Shown: positions 1 through 10,530, counted from the first letter of the stretch. The stretch is 64,000 bases of DNA from an uncultured delta proteobacterium (GCA_963771465.1 CAVYTU010000015.1:864001-928000), one strand, 5' to 3'. The notes: generated from the letters alone by a model not told the origin. Program-made: numbers and translations.

Positions 1-266
1 GCCTCTCGTTCGACGAAGCCGCCAAGCCGTTCCTTGGTATAACGTGAAAAATTCGACTTGCCCAATTCGCCGTCGTTGACCACGTCGATGCCGCACTCGA
101 TTTGCTTGGCGACCACTTCAGCCACTGATTCGCGCGTGCGCTGGGCAAGCGCATCAGCATTGTACGGCTTGCCGTCATTGCGCGCCACCAGCATTTCCAT
201 CAAATCTTGGGGCCGCGCCAGGCTGCCGACGTGGGAAATCAGAATTCGCTCCGTGCTATGTTTCAT
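1..266 (-). CDS. Cobalamin-independent methionine synthase II (MetE C-terminal-like) family protein, N-terminal part; runs off window edge
   Basis: Manual translation from ATG at 266: MKHSTERILISHVGSLARP...KQIECGIDVVNDGELGK, containing the HVGSLxRP and DGE motifs. GGGGAG RBS upstream. Confidence 0.85.
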   Translation of the reverse strand, partial: MKHSTERILISHVGSLARPQDLMEMLVARNDGKPYNADALAQRTRESVAEVVAKQIECGIDVVNDGELGKSNFSRYTKERLGGFVERE

Positions 267-375
267 GCTTCGTTCTCCCCTGGCAGATAGTTGGAGTGGT
301 AGAGAATTGCAGTAATGGCGGTCCGAATACCCAACACGCCAATTTATTTGTCTATGTCACCTGTAAAGTCTCCGC

Positions 376-1848
376 CTATCGTTTCGCCGCCGAAACTTTT
401 CTTTCCATCACATACTTCATCAAGAACGGCCAGACCTGCGTCGCGTCCGCCAGCATCTCGGCGTAGATGCCGTTTTTGTCGGCCTTACGCCATGATTCGT
501 TTTCGGAGTAGGTGCAGCCAGAGAGATGGCCGAAGTGGGGCTTGTCGGGGCAAATTCTCACGCCGTAGCTGAAGCGGCGATTGGGAAAGGTCGGACCCAA
601 GCGCTCGTTGACGATCTCGATCAGCGGCGCGACGTTTTGCACGTTGTTGCGCGGCACGCCGCCGCCGATGGAAAATATGCCAAAGCGCTTCGAGCCCGTC
701 ACCAAGCGAATCAATTCTTTGCTATCGCGCTCCAAGTCCATCAAGATCGGCTTCTTGCCGCGCCGCCGCCGTTTGATGTTGTGAATATAAATGTCGTTAC
801 CCAGTTCGGAATCGACGAACGCCGGCACGAAAACGGGAACGTCACGGAGAAATGCCGACTTCAGAATGCCGCGATCGTTGGGATAGCTTTCCGCAAGATG
901 CTTGCCGATTAGTTTATTGAGCGCCGTCGGGCTGAGCATGGCTTTGCCATTGATCTTCTCGACCACTTTGCCGATGACTTCCTCGACCGTATCGAGATTT
1001 GTCTCCGGTTCCAAAGTGTCGGTCACGCGGTTGAGCTTGCGCCGAGCCAGTTCCGTGTCGTCGTACTTGGGATTGTATTTATAGTGCTTGAGTCCGATCG
1101 ACGACACCAAGCCATGAGCCATCAGCGCGCCGGTGGAAGAGATCGCGTGGATCAAACCCAGCTCGATCATGTCGCAAATGATCAAGTCCATCTTGCCGAC
1201 CGTCATGGCGCCGCTGACGGTGAGAAAGCGCACGCAGTGCTTATCGTTCATCATCGCTTCCAGCGCCTTTGCGCCGCGGGCGACGTGCGCGGCCAGCCCG
1301 CCATGGGCAGCGAGACCGGAAACAAACGAAGTGACCGAACTGCGGCGGCCGTTCAACCACTCATCGAGCGCGGCGTAAATCACCGGCATTACAAAACGCG
1401 GATCGGCGAACACCGCGTCGGGGAAAAAACCGTCGCGCACTTGTCCGGGGCGTGCCATGTCGAACGGGTTGATGAATATTGCCCGCTTGGGCTTTTTAAA
1501 CATCGCTTCGCCGTCGCGCTCGGAGAAAGCACCGATGACGATAACGTTTTCACCGCGAGTTTTTTGTTTGGCGTAAGCCGCCGGTCGAACCATGCGCTTG
1601 CACCAACCGTTGGCGACAAATTTTTTGAGCAAGCGCCCGAGCGGCGAGCTATCAATACCGTCGTAGATCAGCAGCGGTTTAATATCGGCTAAGGCCATGT
1701 CGCGCATCGTCGTCGCGACTTCGCCCAGCATGCGCGCGCCGAAAGCGCAGTAGCGCATAGCGTCGACGATGTCGCCGACGCTATGGCACGTCTGTAGATC
1801 GAGTGATTTCAGTTCTTCGAATTGCAATGTTTTTGCCGAATGTTTCAT
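376..1848 (-). CDS. Deoxyhypusine synthase-like / homospermidine synthase family protein with extra degenerate N-terminal domain
   Basis: Motifs LTVSGAMT, ISSTGALMAHG, VPAFVDSELG, IGGGVPRN, GHLSGCTYSE and ESWRK (catalytic Lys position). Start at ATG 1848 is chosen; the ORF is open from 1908. Confidence 0.88.
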   Translation of the reverse strand: MKHSAKTLQFEELKSLDLQTCHSVGDIVDAMRYCAFGARMLGEVATTMRDMALADIKPLLIYDGIDSSPLGRLLKKFVANGWCKRMVRPAAYAKQKTRGENVIVIGAFSERDGEAMFKKPKRAIFINPFDMARPGQVRDGFFPDAVFADPRFVMPVIYAALDEWLNGRRSSVTSFVSGLAAHGGLAAHVARGAKALEAMMNDKHCVRFLTVSGAMTVGKMDLIICDMIELGLIHAISSTGALMAHGLVSSIGLKHYKYNPKYDDTELARRKLNRVTDTLEPETNLDTVEEVIGKVVEKINGKAMLSPTALNKLIGKHLAESYPNDRGILKSAFLRDVPVFVPAFVDSELGNDIYIHNIKRRRRGKKPILMDLERDSKELIRLVTGSKRFGIFSIGGGVPRNNVQNVAPLIEIVNERLGPTFPNRRFSYGVRICPDKPHFGHLSGCTYSENESWRKADKNGIYAEMLADATQVWPFLMKYVMERKVSAAKR

Positions 1849-1951
1849 AGGAATAAGTTTGTGCTTGGTAACATGGCGACCGCGTGCAGTCAATTTCGTG
1901 CGGCCCATGGAAGATGAAAAATGGGTAAACTGTCCGTGCCAGCTAAACGCA

Positions 1952-2986
1952 TCAGCGCAACCCAGCCAGCACCAACTTGGCGCAGCGCTCCATCGACTTC
2001 AGTACTTTGTCTTGACCCAGGCCGCCGAAATGAAAAGTCAGACCGATATGCGTCGTGCCGACGACCTCGATGATACGCTTGATGATTCGCGCGCAAGTTT
2101 CCGGCCCGCCGAACACGCCGCGGCTGTCGCGCACCATGGCATCGTAACTCAGGTGCGGCAAGATCCGCTCGTGGGCCGGCGTTCCAGGCGCGGCGCCCAC
2201 CGCATCCAAGGCAAAACCGCGCCAGCGATGCCAGTGCTCGATGACATCGGCTTTTGCTTGTTCATCGCTTTCGGCGACGTAGACAGGATACATGGTGAAC
2301 ACGTCTTTATCGTCAACCGAATGGCCGGCGGCGCTGAGCGCGGACTGATACATTTCGACGCGCGGGCGCTGCTCTTCGTTGGTGGCGATCCACGGCAAGG
2401 TCATTAAATGGTGGCCGCGCGTGCCGATCATGTTAAAACTTTCCGGGTCGCGGTTCGCGGTGATGTAGATCGGCGGATGGGGTTGCTGCAACGGCTGCGG
2501 ATAGACTCGCAGCTTGGGGAATTGGTAATGCTCTCCCTGCCACTCGAATTCCGCGCCGCTCCACGCGCGCACGATGATGTCGAGAGCTTCGGGCAATCTT
2601 TTCTGCGCATCGTTCCAATCGTAGCCGAACACCGCGTATTCGGTCGGATGCATGCCGCGGCCGGCGCCGAAGTTAAGCCGTCCGGCAGAGAGCTGATCGA
2701 CCATGGCGAACTCTTCGGCGATGCGCAGCGGATTATGCATGGGAATAATCGACACCGCCGCGCCCAAGCGCATTCTCTTGGTCCGTTGCGACGCCGCCGC
2801 GAGGATCACCGACGGACTCGGCATCTGGCCGCCGAAGTGGCGAAAGTGATGTTCCGTTACCCACAGGGAATCGAAGCCCAGCGATTCCGCCCCATCGATT
2901 TGCTCGAGCCACTTCGAATAGACTTCCCGGCTCCCGCCGTCGTGCTCGGGAACATAGGTGTTAAGAATGTAATAGCCGAATTTCAC
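1952..2986 (-). CDS. LLM class flavin-dependent oxidoreductase
   Basis: WVTEHHF, NPLRIAEEFAMVDQLSAGRLNFGAGRG, PQPLQQPHPPI. GTG start at VKFGYY. Confidence 0.92.
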   Translation of the reverse strand: MKFGYYILNTYVPEHDGGSREVYSKWLEQIDGAESLGFDSLWVTEHHFRHFGGQMPSPSVILAAASQRTKRMRLGAAVSIIPMHNPLRIAEEFAMVDQLSAGRLNFGAGRGMHPTEYAVFGYDWNDAQKRLPEALDIIVRAWSGAEFEWQGEHYQFPKLRVYPQPLQQPHPPIYITANRDPESFNMIGTRGHHLMTLPWIATNEEQRPRVEMYQSALSAAGHSVDDKDVFTMYPVYVAESDEQAKADVIEHWHRWRGFALDAVGAAPGTPAHERILPHLSYDAMVRDSRGVFGGPETCARIIKRIIEVVGTTHIGLTFHFGGLGQDKVLKSMERCAKLVLAGLR

Positions 2987-3239
2987 GCGCGAAGGCTTTC
3001 TTTCAATAACAACCAGCATGCTGGTAGCCCGGCCGAATATGCCGATGAAAGTATGAGGAATTCCTCGTCGGGTCAAGCAACGCAGTCAGGCAACAAACTC
3101 TTTTTTACCGAAGGAATCATCGTCAATGTGCAGCACCAACTCGCCCGTTGTGACGAATGGTGAAAGTCTAATTTTTCATAGATTTGCAATCGTACGGCAA
3201 AGTAGGATTATTATGCATTGACGAGCCAAGGAGAATGGA

Positions 3240-4115
3240 ATGAATCGAATTAAGACTTTGCGCGCTTACGGTGTCGCCATTGTGTGGTTTGCTCTCGCGG
3301 CGGGCCAGGCCATGGCTCAGGAGCTCAGCAAGCTGCCCTATGTGCCGACCCCGCAGATCGTTGTCGATGAAATGCTGAAGATGGCCAACGTCACGGCCAA
3401 AGATTTTGTTATCGACCTCGGTTCCGGCGACGGCCGGATGGTTCTCACCGCAGCCAAAACCTTCAAAGCCAATGGTCTTGGCGTCGACATCGATAGCAAG
3501 CTGGTCGAGCTGTCGAACAGCACCGCCAAGTCGCAAGGACTCGATGAGCGCGCCAAGTTCATCGAGCAAGACATGTTCAAGGCTGACATCAGCAAGGCGA
3601 CGGTGGTCACGCTCTACGTCCTGCCGGACTTCATGGAAAAGCTTCGCCCGAAGCTATTAAAAGAATTGAAACCCGGCACGCGCATCGTCGCCCATGATTA
3701 TTACATGAGCGGCTGGTATCCCGACCGGCAAGCAGCACTCACGGTGCCGGAGAAAGTCGCCGCCAACGGCACCGATAAGGCTTATCTTTATCTATGGATT
3801 GTGCCGAGCGTGGTCAGTGGACACTGGCGCATGGAACTCGATCTCGGTGCCGGCAAGCCGCTACCCGTCGTTCTGTCGTTCAATCAAGAGCACCAAATAA
3901 TCAATGCCGCCGCGGAAACCATACTTGGTTCGCTCAAAGTCGAAGGCGCGAAGCTCCAAGGCGAAGAGTTGGATTTTTTTCTCACCGTCGGCCCAACGAA
4001 TTATCGTTTTACTGGTCGAGTTCAAGGCGACAAGCTCGAAGGCGTGGCCGTTTCGGGAACGACACCGAAACCGATCCCTTGGCGCGCAACCAAGCTGGCG
4101 CTGGACCGAAAATGA
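3240..4115 (+). CDS. SAM-dependent methyltransferase with N-terminal signal peptide
   Basis: VIDLGSGDGR motif I, PYVPTP, ATVVTLY. Hydrophobic N-terminus ending AMA-Q. AAGGAG RBS. Confidence 0.88.
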   Translation: MNRIKTLRAYGVAIVWFALAAGQAMAQELSKLPYVPTPQIVVDEMLKMANVTAKDFVIDLGSGDGRMVLTAAKTFKANGLGVDIDSKLVELSNSTAKSQGLDERAKFIEQDMFKADISKATVVTLYVLPDFMEKLRPKLLKELKPGTRIVAHDYYMSGWYPDRQAALTVPEKVAANGTDKAYLYLWIVPSVVSGHWRMELDLGAGKPLPVVLSFNQEHQIINAAAETILGSLKVEGAKLQGEELDFFLTVGPTNYRFTGRVQGDKLEGVAVSGTTPKPIPWRATKLALDRK

Positions 4116-4235
4116 ATTTGACATCGCCGCCGAGGTTTCGTAGGGAATAGGAGATAGTCGCGGCTCAACAACCGCTTTGCGAAACTCGACGATTGCGAAG
4201 CAAGACTAAACAAGTTGAAAGCGAGGAACTAGAAT

Positions 4236-5294
4236 ATGAGTACAGCGCCTTCTATCTACACGCCGGAAACCGTTTTGGCCGGTGAAAAAATCATCTCGGC
4301 CGACTCGCACATTCAAGAACCGGAAGATTTGTGGATTGATAATCTGTCGCCATCGTTGAAAGACAAGTATCCCAAATTCCCCAAGCGCAACTCGCCCGGT
4401 GAAAAACCCGGTGGCCGGGATCCCAAGGCGCGCATCAGTGAGATGGAAACCGACGGTGTGTCGGCGGAAGTGCTTTACCCGACTCTTGGATTGCGCCTGT
4501 TCGCGATGGAAGATGCCGAGTGCCAGGAGGCGTGCTTTCAGATCGCCAACGATTGGATGATCGACTACTGCAAAGTGACACCCGGCCGGCTGATCGGCAT
4601 CCCGATGATCTCGCTCTACAACACCAAGAACGCAATCAAAGAACTGGAGCGGTGTAAAAAAGCTGGCATGATCGGTTGCTTGATCTGGCAAGTGCCGCCG
4701 GACCATCTGCCGTTTTCGAGCGACTACTACGATCCGTTCTGGGAAGCGGCGGCTGAACTGAACATGCCGGTGAACCTGCACATCCTCACCGGTTTCAACT
4801 ACAGCCGCTTCGAGCGCAAGGGACTCGACACCTATAAAACTGCCGTCAACGACAAAGTCAACGATGCGGCTAACACGTTATTCGACATCGTCTTCACCGG
4901 AGTGCTATCGCGGTTCCCGAAATTAAAAATCGTTTACGTCGAGAACGAGTGCGCCTGGCTGCCGTTCTACACCCATGAATGGGACAAGTATTACGTCCGG
5001 TTCAAAACCAAAGTGCCGCTGCCATTCATGAAAAAATTACCCGGTGAATACATCAATGAACAGGTTTACGCGACGTTCTTTAGCGACCCATGCGGCGGCC
5101 AGCTCATGAATCGTTTCGGCCAGGACACGTTCATGTGGTCCAATGATTATCCCCACGCCGCCTCGCCATGGCCGCACTCGCGCAAGGTGATCGCCGAGGA
5201 GCTCGGCCACTTGCCGAAAGACGTGCTGCGCAAAGTGGTGCGCGAGAATGTTATCAAGCTGTACGATCTGAAGATTGACGGGATAAATAATTGA
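4236..5294 (+). CDS. Amidohydrolase_2 family protein
   Basis: ISADSH, EVLYPT, YDPFWEAA, PVNLH, WSNDYPH motifs. Confidence 0.92.
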   Translation: MSTAPSIYTPETVLAGEKIISADSHIQEPEDLWIDNLSPSLKDKYPKFPKRNSPGEKPGGRDPKARISEMETDGVSAEVLYPTLGLRLFAMEDAECQEACFQIANDWMIDYCKVTPGRLIGIPMISLYNTKNAIKELERCKKAGMIGCLIWQVPPDHLPFSSDYYDPFWEAAAELNMPVNLHILTGFNYSRFERKGLDTYKTAVNDKVNDAANTLFDIVFTGVLSRFPKLKIVYVENECAWLPFYTHEWDKYYVRFKTKVPLPFMKKLPGEYINEQVYATFFSDPCGGQLMNRFGQDTFMWSNDYPHAASPWPHSRKVIAEELGHLPKDVLRKVVRENVIKLYDLKIDGINN

Positions 5295-5368
5295 CGCCTT
5301 GCGGGCATTGGGTATCGAGTTAAACGAAGTGAAAATTCAGCAATAGCCGCAACGAAAGGAAAAACTCC

Positions 5369-5862
5369 ATGCAAAAAAGCGTAACCGCAGCTGTATTTAA
5401 GAATTACGACCAACCTAAAACTCGGCTCTTTTCCCTGAAGACGCCGTATATGGAACAAGGACGCGTCACCCAGCTGGTCGCCGAGACGCCCAATATGTGG
5501 ATCCACACCAAGGTCAACGCCGAGGGCGGTGAGAACGAGATCCACAAACATCTCGACGAAGACCATGCGTTCATCGTGCTCGAAGGCCAGATGAGCGTGT
5601 TCGATGAAAAAGGCGGCGAGATCGAAGTGAAACAGTATCAGGGCGTGATGATCCCCAAAGGCGCCTATTATCGTTATCACAACACTGGCGATAGCAATCT
5701 CGTCGTCATTCGCGTCGGCGCCGGATGAAAGGCCAACAGCAAGGCGGCCAAGAGATGCGCCTGGGCGCCGACGGCAAGCCGCTGGTCAGCGGCACCCCGG
5801 AGAACCGCAACAAGCCACCGATTGAAATGGTCGGCAAGTTCTTCGCCGAAGCGGCGGGGTGA
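5369..5862 (+). CDS. Cupin domain protein, probably frameshifted near 5724 (true end likely 5862)
   Basis: Cupin motif ENEIHKHLDEDHAFIVLEG. The ORF stops at 5728, but an overlapping frame continues with coding-like MKGQQQGGQEMRLGADGKPL...KFFAEAAG to TGA 5862, just before a terminator. Confidence 0.8.
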
Positions 5863-5897
5863 CTAAACTCAGAATCTCACGACAAGTCTGTTACAGG

Positions 5898-5931
5898 AAC
5901 GGGTCACTCTTATGAGCGACCCGTTTTTTTT
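5898..5931 (+). terminator. Rho-independent terminator
   Basis: AACGGGTC-ACTCTTATGAGC-GACCCGTT hairpin followed by a T run. Confidence 0.85.
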
Positions 5932-6046
5932 GAAAAGGATTGACCCAGTATATCGAGCCTTCTCATCACGCCGATAAAAAAGATTTTTACTTTGCGTTGA
6001 TTGTGCCCTTTGTGGTTAGAATCTCCGAAGCAGGGGAGGAACGCGT

Positions 6047-7132
6047 ATGCCGATCATCGACGCCGACACTCACATCGACGAAACCGAGGCGACTTGGGAG
6101 TATCTGCGCGACTTTGAGCAGGAGTTCAAACCGATCACCCAATATCCCGGCCGCGCTGATCCGGGCAAAAGACCGTCGCGCTACTGGTTGGTCGACGGCC
6201 ACCGCCAGATGCGTTTCGTCCGTGATGACGGCAACACGCGCACCACTGTCGAAACTCGCGAGCTGTTGGACGTTCAAGCGCGCCTGCGTGATATGGATGC
6301 CATGGGCACCCAAGTGCAGGTGCTTTATCCGACTTTATTCTTGATGGAAGCCACCGAGCGCGCGGAAGTCTCCACCGCGCTCAGGCGTAGTTACAACCGC
6401 TGGCTCGCCGATCGCTGCGCCGAATCCCACGGCCGCTTACGTTGGGTCTGTCTGCCGCCGCTGATGAACATGGAAGAAACAATCCAGGAGTTGCAATTCG
6501 CCAAAAACCACGGTGCTTGCGGCATTCTTAAGAAAGGCGATTTGGAAGCGGGCAAGTGGCCCGCCGATCAGTATTTCAATCCGCTCTATGAAGAAGCCAA
6601 TCGACTCGATTTGCCGATCTGCGTGCACATCGGCTCCGGCACACCGGACTTCGTGCCGGCGCGCGAATTCTCCTTGGGCTCGTTCATGCGTTCGCAGTTG
6701 CCGACCGTGCACGCCTTTCACACGATCATCCGCCATCAACTGCCGGTAAAATATCCTAAGCTCCGTTTCGGAATTATCGAAGCCGGCTGCTCGTGGATTC
6801 CGTTCATCGCCTGGGAGCTCAAGCGGCGCATGGAAAAAGCCGCCGACGGCGCCGGCTCGTTCAGCCAGTTCGCCCGCTACACGCTGTCATCAGAATTACT
6901 CAAAGCCAATCGCATGTACGTCACCTGCCAAGTCGACGAAGACCTGCCGTATATTCTCAAAGTCGCCGGCGAAGATAGCTTGATGGTCGGCTCCGACTAC
7001 ACCCACCGCGATTCGTCCATGGAATACGAATTTCCGCGCCTGCTCAAAGAACGCGCGGACCGCGGAGAGATCGAGCAATCGGCCGTGCAGAAAATATTAT
7101 ACGATAACGCCAAAGCGTTTTACGGGCTGTAG
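6047..7132 (+). CDS. Amidohydrolase_2 family protein
   Basis: IIDADTH, VLYPT, PICVHIG, IEAGCSW, GSDYTH. GGAGG RBS. Confidence 0.92.
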   Translation: MPIIDADTHIDETEATWEYLRDFEQEFKPITQYPGRADPGKRPSRYWLVDGHRQMRFVRDDGNTRTTVETRELLDVQARLRDMDAMGTQVQVLYPTLFLMEATERAEVSTALRRSYNRWLADRCAESHGRLRWVCLPPLMNMEETIQELQFAKNHGACGILKKGDLEAGKWPADQYFNPLYEEANRLDLPICVHIGSGTPDFVPAREFSLGSFMRSQLPTVHAFHTIIRHQLPVKYPKLRFGIIEAGCSWIPFIAWELKRRMEKAADGAGSFSQFARYTLSSELLKANRMYVTCQVDEDLPYILKVAGEDSLMVGSDYTHRDSSMEYEFPRLLKERADRGEIEQSAVQKILYDNAKAFYGL

Positions 7133-7180
7133 AACATCCGAAGGAACCAACCAACTGCGTCTGCTTTATCCGAAGAGCTG

Positions 7181-7951
7181 TCACGCCTTCCGCGTCGCCG
7201 CAAGCTTCTGGTAATTCCACGTTCCTTCGCGTTGTGGCGCACGGCCCTTGAGGACATTCTTGAAATGCGGATGTTCGGAAAGCGGTGTGCGATTCGACAT
7301 GTCGTCAATCAAATTGTTAGGCAAACAATTGTAATCCTTGCCTTGCGCGGAGTACGCCAGGTAATTCATGCGCGCCTGTTCTTCCAAGTGCGCCATGCCC
7401 ATGACCGCTTCTGAAAGATTCTTTCCCGTCGTTACCGCGCCGTGGCCGTAAAGCAGCATCGCTTGACTTTCACCTAGCAAGTTTGCCACCTCCATGCCTT
7501 CAGCATCGCTCTGAATCGTTTTAACGTGGGGATAAATTGGCAGCGCTCGGCGCACCAGCTGCGCTCCTTCCTGACACATCGGCTTTAACGTACCGGTCAA
7601 GATGCTCATGAGAATCGTGTAGCGCGGATGCACATGCACGACCGCCTGCACGTTCGGATGGGTCTTGTAGATGCAGGCGTGAATTTTAACTTCCGAGCAC
7701 TGCGTCAGTCCGGCACGCCCGCCGATCAAAAATCCCTCGGTATCGCACATCACCATATCGTCGGGCTCCATCACGGACAGCGCGTCGTATTCATACTCGC
7801 GGCCTTTGACGAAAAAATGTTTGGGCTCCGCGGGAACGCGCATACTCGCATGCCCGAGCGCAGCCGTGAACCCGGTTGCTAATCCAAGGTTAGCGAGCAC
7901 GCGGTTCGCCGCCGCCACCTCGCGCTTTACGTCTTCAATATCTAAGGCCAT
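7181..7951 (-). CDS. Class II aldolase/adducin family protein
   Basis: GHASMR, SEVKIH, VVHVHP and GHGA zinc-site motifs. Confidence 0.9.
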   Translation of the reverse strand: MALDIEDVKREVAAANRVLANLGLATGFTAALGHASMRVPAEPKHFFVKGREYEYDALSVMEPDDMVMCDTEGFLIGGRAGLTQCSEVKIHACIYKTHPNVQAVVHVHPRYTILMSILTGTLKPMCQEGAQLVRRALPIYPHVKTIQSDAEGMEVANLLGESQAMLLYGHGAVTTGKNLSEAVMGMAHLEEQARMNYLAYSAQGKDYNCLPNNLIDDMSNRTPLSEHPHFKNVLKGRAPQREGTWNYQKLAATRKA

Positions 7952-8047
7952 TGCTTGCTCCTTCTATTACATGTTCTGTTCAGACGAATGAGTCGTGCCA
8001 AAATTTATTATTATTTGTCATTTTTGATTTCAATCCAAAATCCAAAA

Positions 8048-9004
8048 CTATTTGATTCCCATCTCCCTCAACGCCTCTCTGACCAGCGACAGATCGGCGA
8101 CTTCATTGAATGGAACCTCGCGAGTAATTTTGAGCGTCTGCTTTCTCTCTTCGATCGTCACGCGCAACCCTTTTTCACAAATGTCAGGATCCTCATTGTA
8201 GACTTTAACCACGCCGTCATAGGTCGCCGCGGCGACATCTTTCTTAACCTTCAGCCAGTCCATGATGAACTGAATCGTGCCGTCGCGATTGCCGCGAATG
8301 TAGCGGTTGGCCTTGATGCCCGCCTTGATGACGCGCTTGATTTCATCTGGCTTGTCTTGGATTTTTTTGATCCCGGCGACCAAACCCGTCTCGGGGAAAA
8401 TGAGAATGTCCTCGGCCCTCACAAGAATGTTAAACCCCAGCTTCTTCGCCTCGGCATCCAACGGCGGCGCCAGCACCGCGGCATCGAGCAAGCCCTGGGT
8501 CAGTCTGATGAAACGAGATTCGACTGCGCCGACGGCGACAAACTTCATGTCTTTATCGGGATCGAGACCAAAATGCTTGCCCATCAACCGCGCCGCGAAG
8601 ATCGAACCGCCGGCAAAGGTGGAAACGCCGATGGTCTTGCCTCTGAGCTCCTGGACTGACTTGATCTCGGGCCGAGCCACCATGGAGAGCACCGGCGCCG
8701 GCACGAAGCAGGCCACGACCTTAACCGGCAATCCAGAGATCGCGCCGCCAAGAGTCATGCCGGTGCCGTAATCCAGATCGCCACTGCTCAACGCCGCCCC
8801 GGTCGCGCCGCCGGTGACGCGAATAATCTCGGAGTCGATTCCCTCTTCTTTAAGGAACCCTCTTTTGTGTGCCAAGGGAAATGTCATGAACTGGCCGCTC
8901 AAGTTGCCGATGCTGATGCGAATCTTGTCGGCCGCATCGATCGCGGCCGTGAAGGTAGAAAGCATGAGCAAAACCAACCAAAGCTTAAGCAAAGTAGAGT
9001 GCAT
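8048..9004 (-). CDS. ABC substrate-binding protein, NMT1/THI5/SsuA-like
   Basis: Signal peptide, GFLKEEGID, ELRGKTIGVS, C-terminal VADLSLVREA. GGAGG RBS before ATG 9004. Confidence 0.88.
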   Translation of the reverse strand: MHSTLLKLWLVLLMLSTFTAAIDAADKIRISIGNLSGQFMTFPLAHKRGFLKEEGIDSEIIRVTGGATGAALSSGDLDYGTGMTLGGAISGLPVKVVACFVPAPVLSMVARPEIKSVQELRGKTIGVSTFAGGSIFAARLMGKHFGLDPDKDMKFVAVGAVESRFIRLTQGLLDAAVLAPPLDAEAKKLGFNILVRAEDILIFPETGLVAGIKKIQDKPDEIKRVIKAGIKANRYIRGNRDGTIQFIMDWLKVKKDVAAATYDGVVKVYNEDPDICEKGLRVTIEERKQTLKITREVPFNEVADLSLVREALREMGIK

Positions 9005-9150
9005 GGCGCCTCCGCTATCTACTGCCATCCGCCGCCGAGTGAATGTCTGAGTCTGTAAACTAGAAAGTTGAGAATGGCATCGAGTGAACTTGCGAAGGCA
9101 TCCGACCGCTCGTCAAATACCATTTCACAATCCACATCGTTCAGACGTGC

Positions 9151-10239
9151 TCACCGCAAAAACTCTTTCTCAAAAAAATCCGACCATTCGTTGCTCTTAT
9201 CGAATAGTATTTCCGGCCCCAGATAATTCACTTTTTTGAAGCGCACGCCGGGTTTCAAGTCGGCTTGCAGCGCGGCAACCTCGGGATGGGCGGGCAAATA
9301 ATTGGCCGCTTGAAATACCCGCTGTCCTTTGCGCGAAAGCATGAAGTCGAGAAACAGCATCGAGGCGTGCGGATGGGGCGCATGCTTGGCGATGCCAACG
9401 GCATTGTTTGTTGCGGTCACCGGCTCGAGCGGATGCCACTCCACCGGCGCGCCAGCGGCTTTGCTGATGTAAGCGTGGTGATTGAAAATCTGGATCGCCA
9501 TCGGATACTCGCCGGCGATGACGAGGTCGAGTATCTGGCGCGCGCTGGCCGTGCTCTTGGCGATATTTTGCTGCTTCAACTTTTGCAAATACGATTTACC
9601 CGCTTCCTGACCCTTGGAGATGAGAATGTTGCCGATAAACTGCGGCGCGCCCGACCCGCGGCTCGTCGACCACAGGGTCTGGCCGCGCCAACGCGGATTG
9701 AGCAAGTCTTCGTAGCTTTTCGGCAGCTCGTTGGGTTTGACCAGGCGTGTGTTGTAACCGAGTGTCATGAAGTAGACGTTGGTGCTACCCCAAAAACCTT
9801 TCGGATCTTTGAGTTCCGGCGGATACTCAGCAATCGGCGGCGAGTAAAATCGTTGCATCAGTCCGGCGCGCTGCAAGATCGTCGCCGCCGAGCTGCCGCT
9901 CACCAGATCGACTTCGTAGCGTTTGGACTGATACTCGGCGAGCATCCGCTGCGCCAAGCGTTCAGCGTTGGCACGAAAGAAGTCCACTTGAATGAATGGA
10001 TATTCTTTTTCAAAAGCATCCTTCACCGGCCGCACAACCTGGTCGACGATCAGGCCGGTATAGAACATCATCTTGCCTTCCTTCTTGGCGCCTTCGATGA
10101 GAATCTTCTCGCGGTTGGGCGATTTCATCAGCGCGATCTCTTCGACCGATGCCGCAAACGAGATCGAACGAGACAATCCCACGATCGCGATGTAGCATGC
10201 CGACAATAACCGCCCGAGCCGATACCGATTCGCTATCAT
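9151..10239 (-). CDS. Extracellular solute-binding protein (Fe(III)/thiamine/polyamine-type SBP)
   Basis: GAKKEGK, GYNTRLV, PKSYEDLLNPRWRG, APHPHASMLFLDFMLS. Confidence 0.88.
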   Translation of the reverse strand: MIANRYRLGRLLSACYIAIVGLSRSISFAASVEEIALMKSPNREKILIEGAKKEGKMMFYTGLIVDQVVRPVKDAFEKEYPFIQVDFFRANAERLAQRMLAEYQSKRYEVDLVSGSSAATILQRAGLMQRFYSPPIAEYPPELKDPKGFWGSTNVYFMTLGYNTRLVKPNELPKSYEDLLNPRWRGQTLWSTSRGSGAPQFIGNILISKGQEAGKSYLQKLKQQNIAKSTASARQILDLVIAGEYPMAIQIFNHHAYISKAAGAPVEWHPLEPVTATNNAVGIAKHAPHPHASMLFLDFMLSRKGQRVFQAANYLPAHPEVAALQADLKPGVRFKKVNYLGPEILFDKSNEWSDFFEKEFLR

Positions 10240-10530
10240 ATTGCCTCCTTTTTATTTTAGGAGCTTCGTCTGCGGGACCGCTTTTAGAGTGCCTGAACGA
10301 GAAACCAAAAATCGATTTAGCCAGATTTTGATCATGCGCACCGAATTCTTAGATTCTCGCTGCCTAACGCCTCAATCGCTATCGTCGCACGCTAGTCCCG
10401 CCGTTGGCCGCCTGTCAAGTTTCGTTCGCAGTAAAACACGCTTCTCACACGCAGGTTTCTGTTGTCTGGTAGATAATTCATGCTATGTTCCGGCGAAATA
10501 AGATGATCGATAACCTAGCAAGGAGGCAAC

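Noticed and set aside
5726-5728. TGA ending the cupin ORF as selenocysteine
   Set aside because: The coding-like continuation is in a different frame, so a frameshift explains it better than readthrough.
8031-8047. Short heptamer tandem repeats (ATCCAAA twice; similar GACTTCT/GACTTCG near 63176)
   Set aside because: Only two copies each; low-information intergenic filler.
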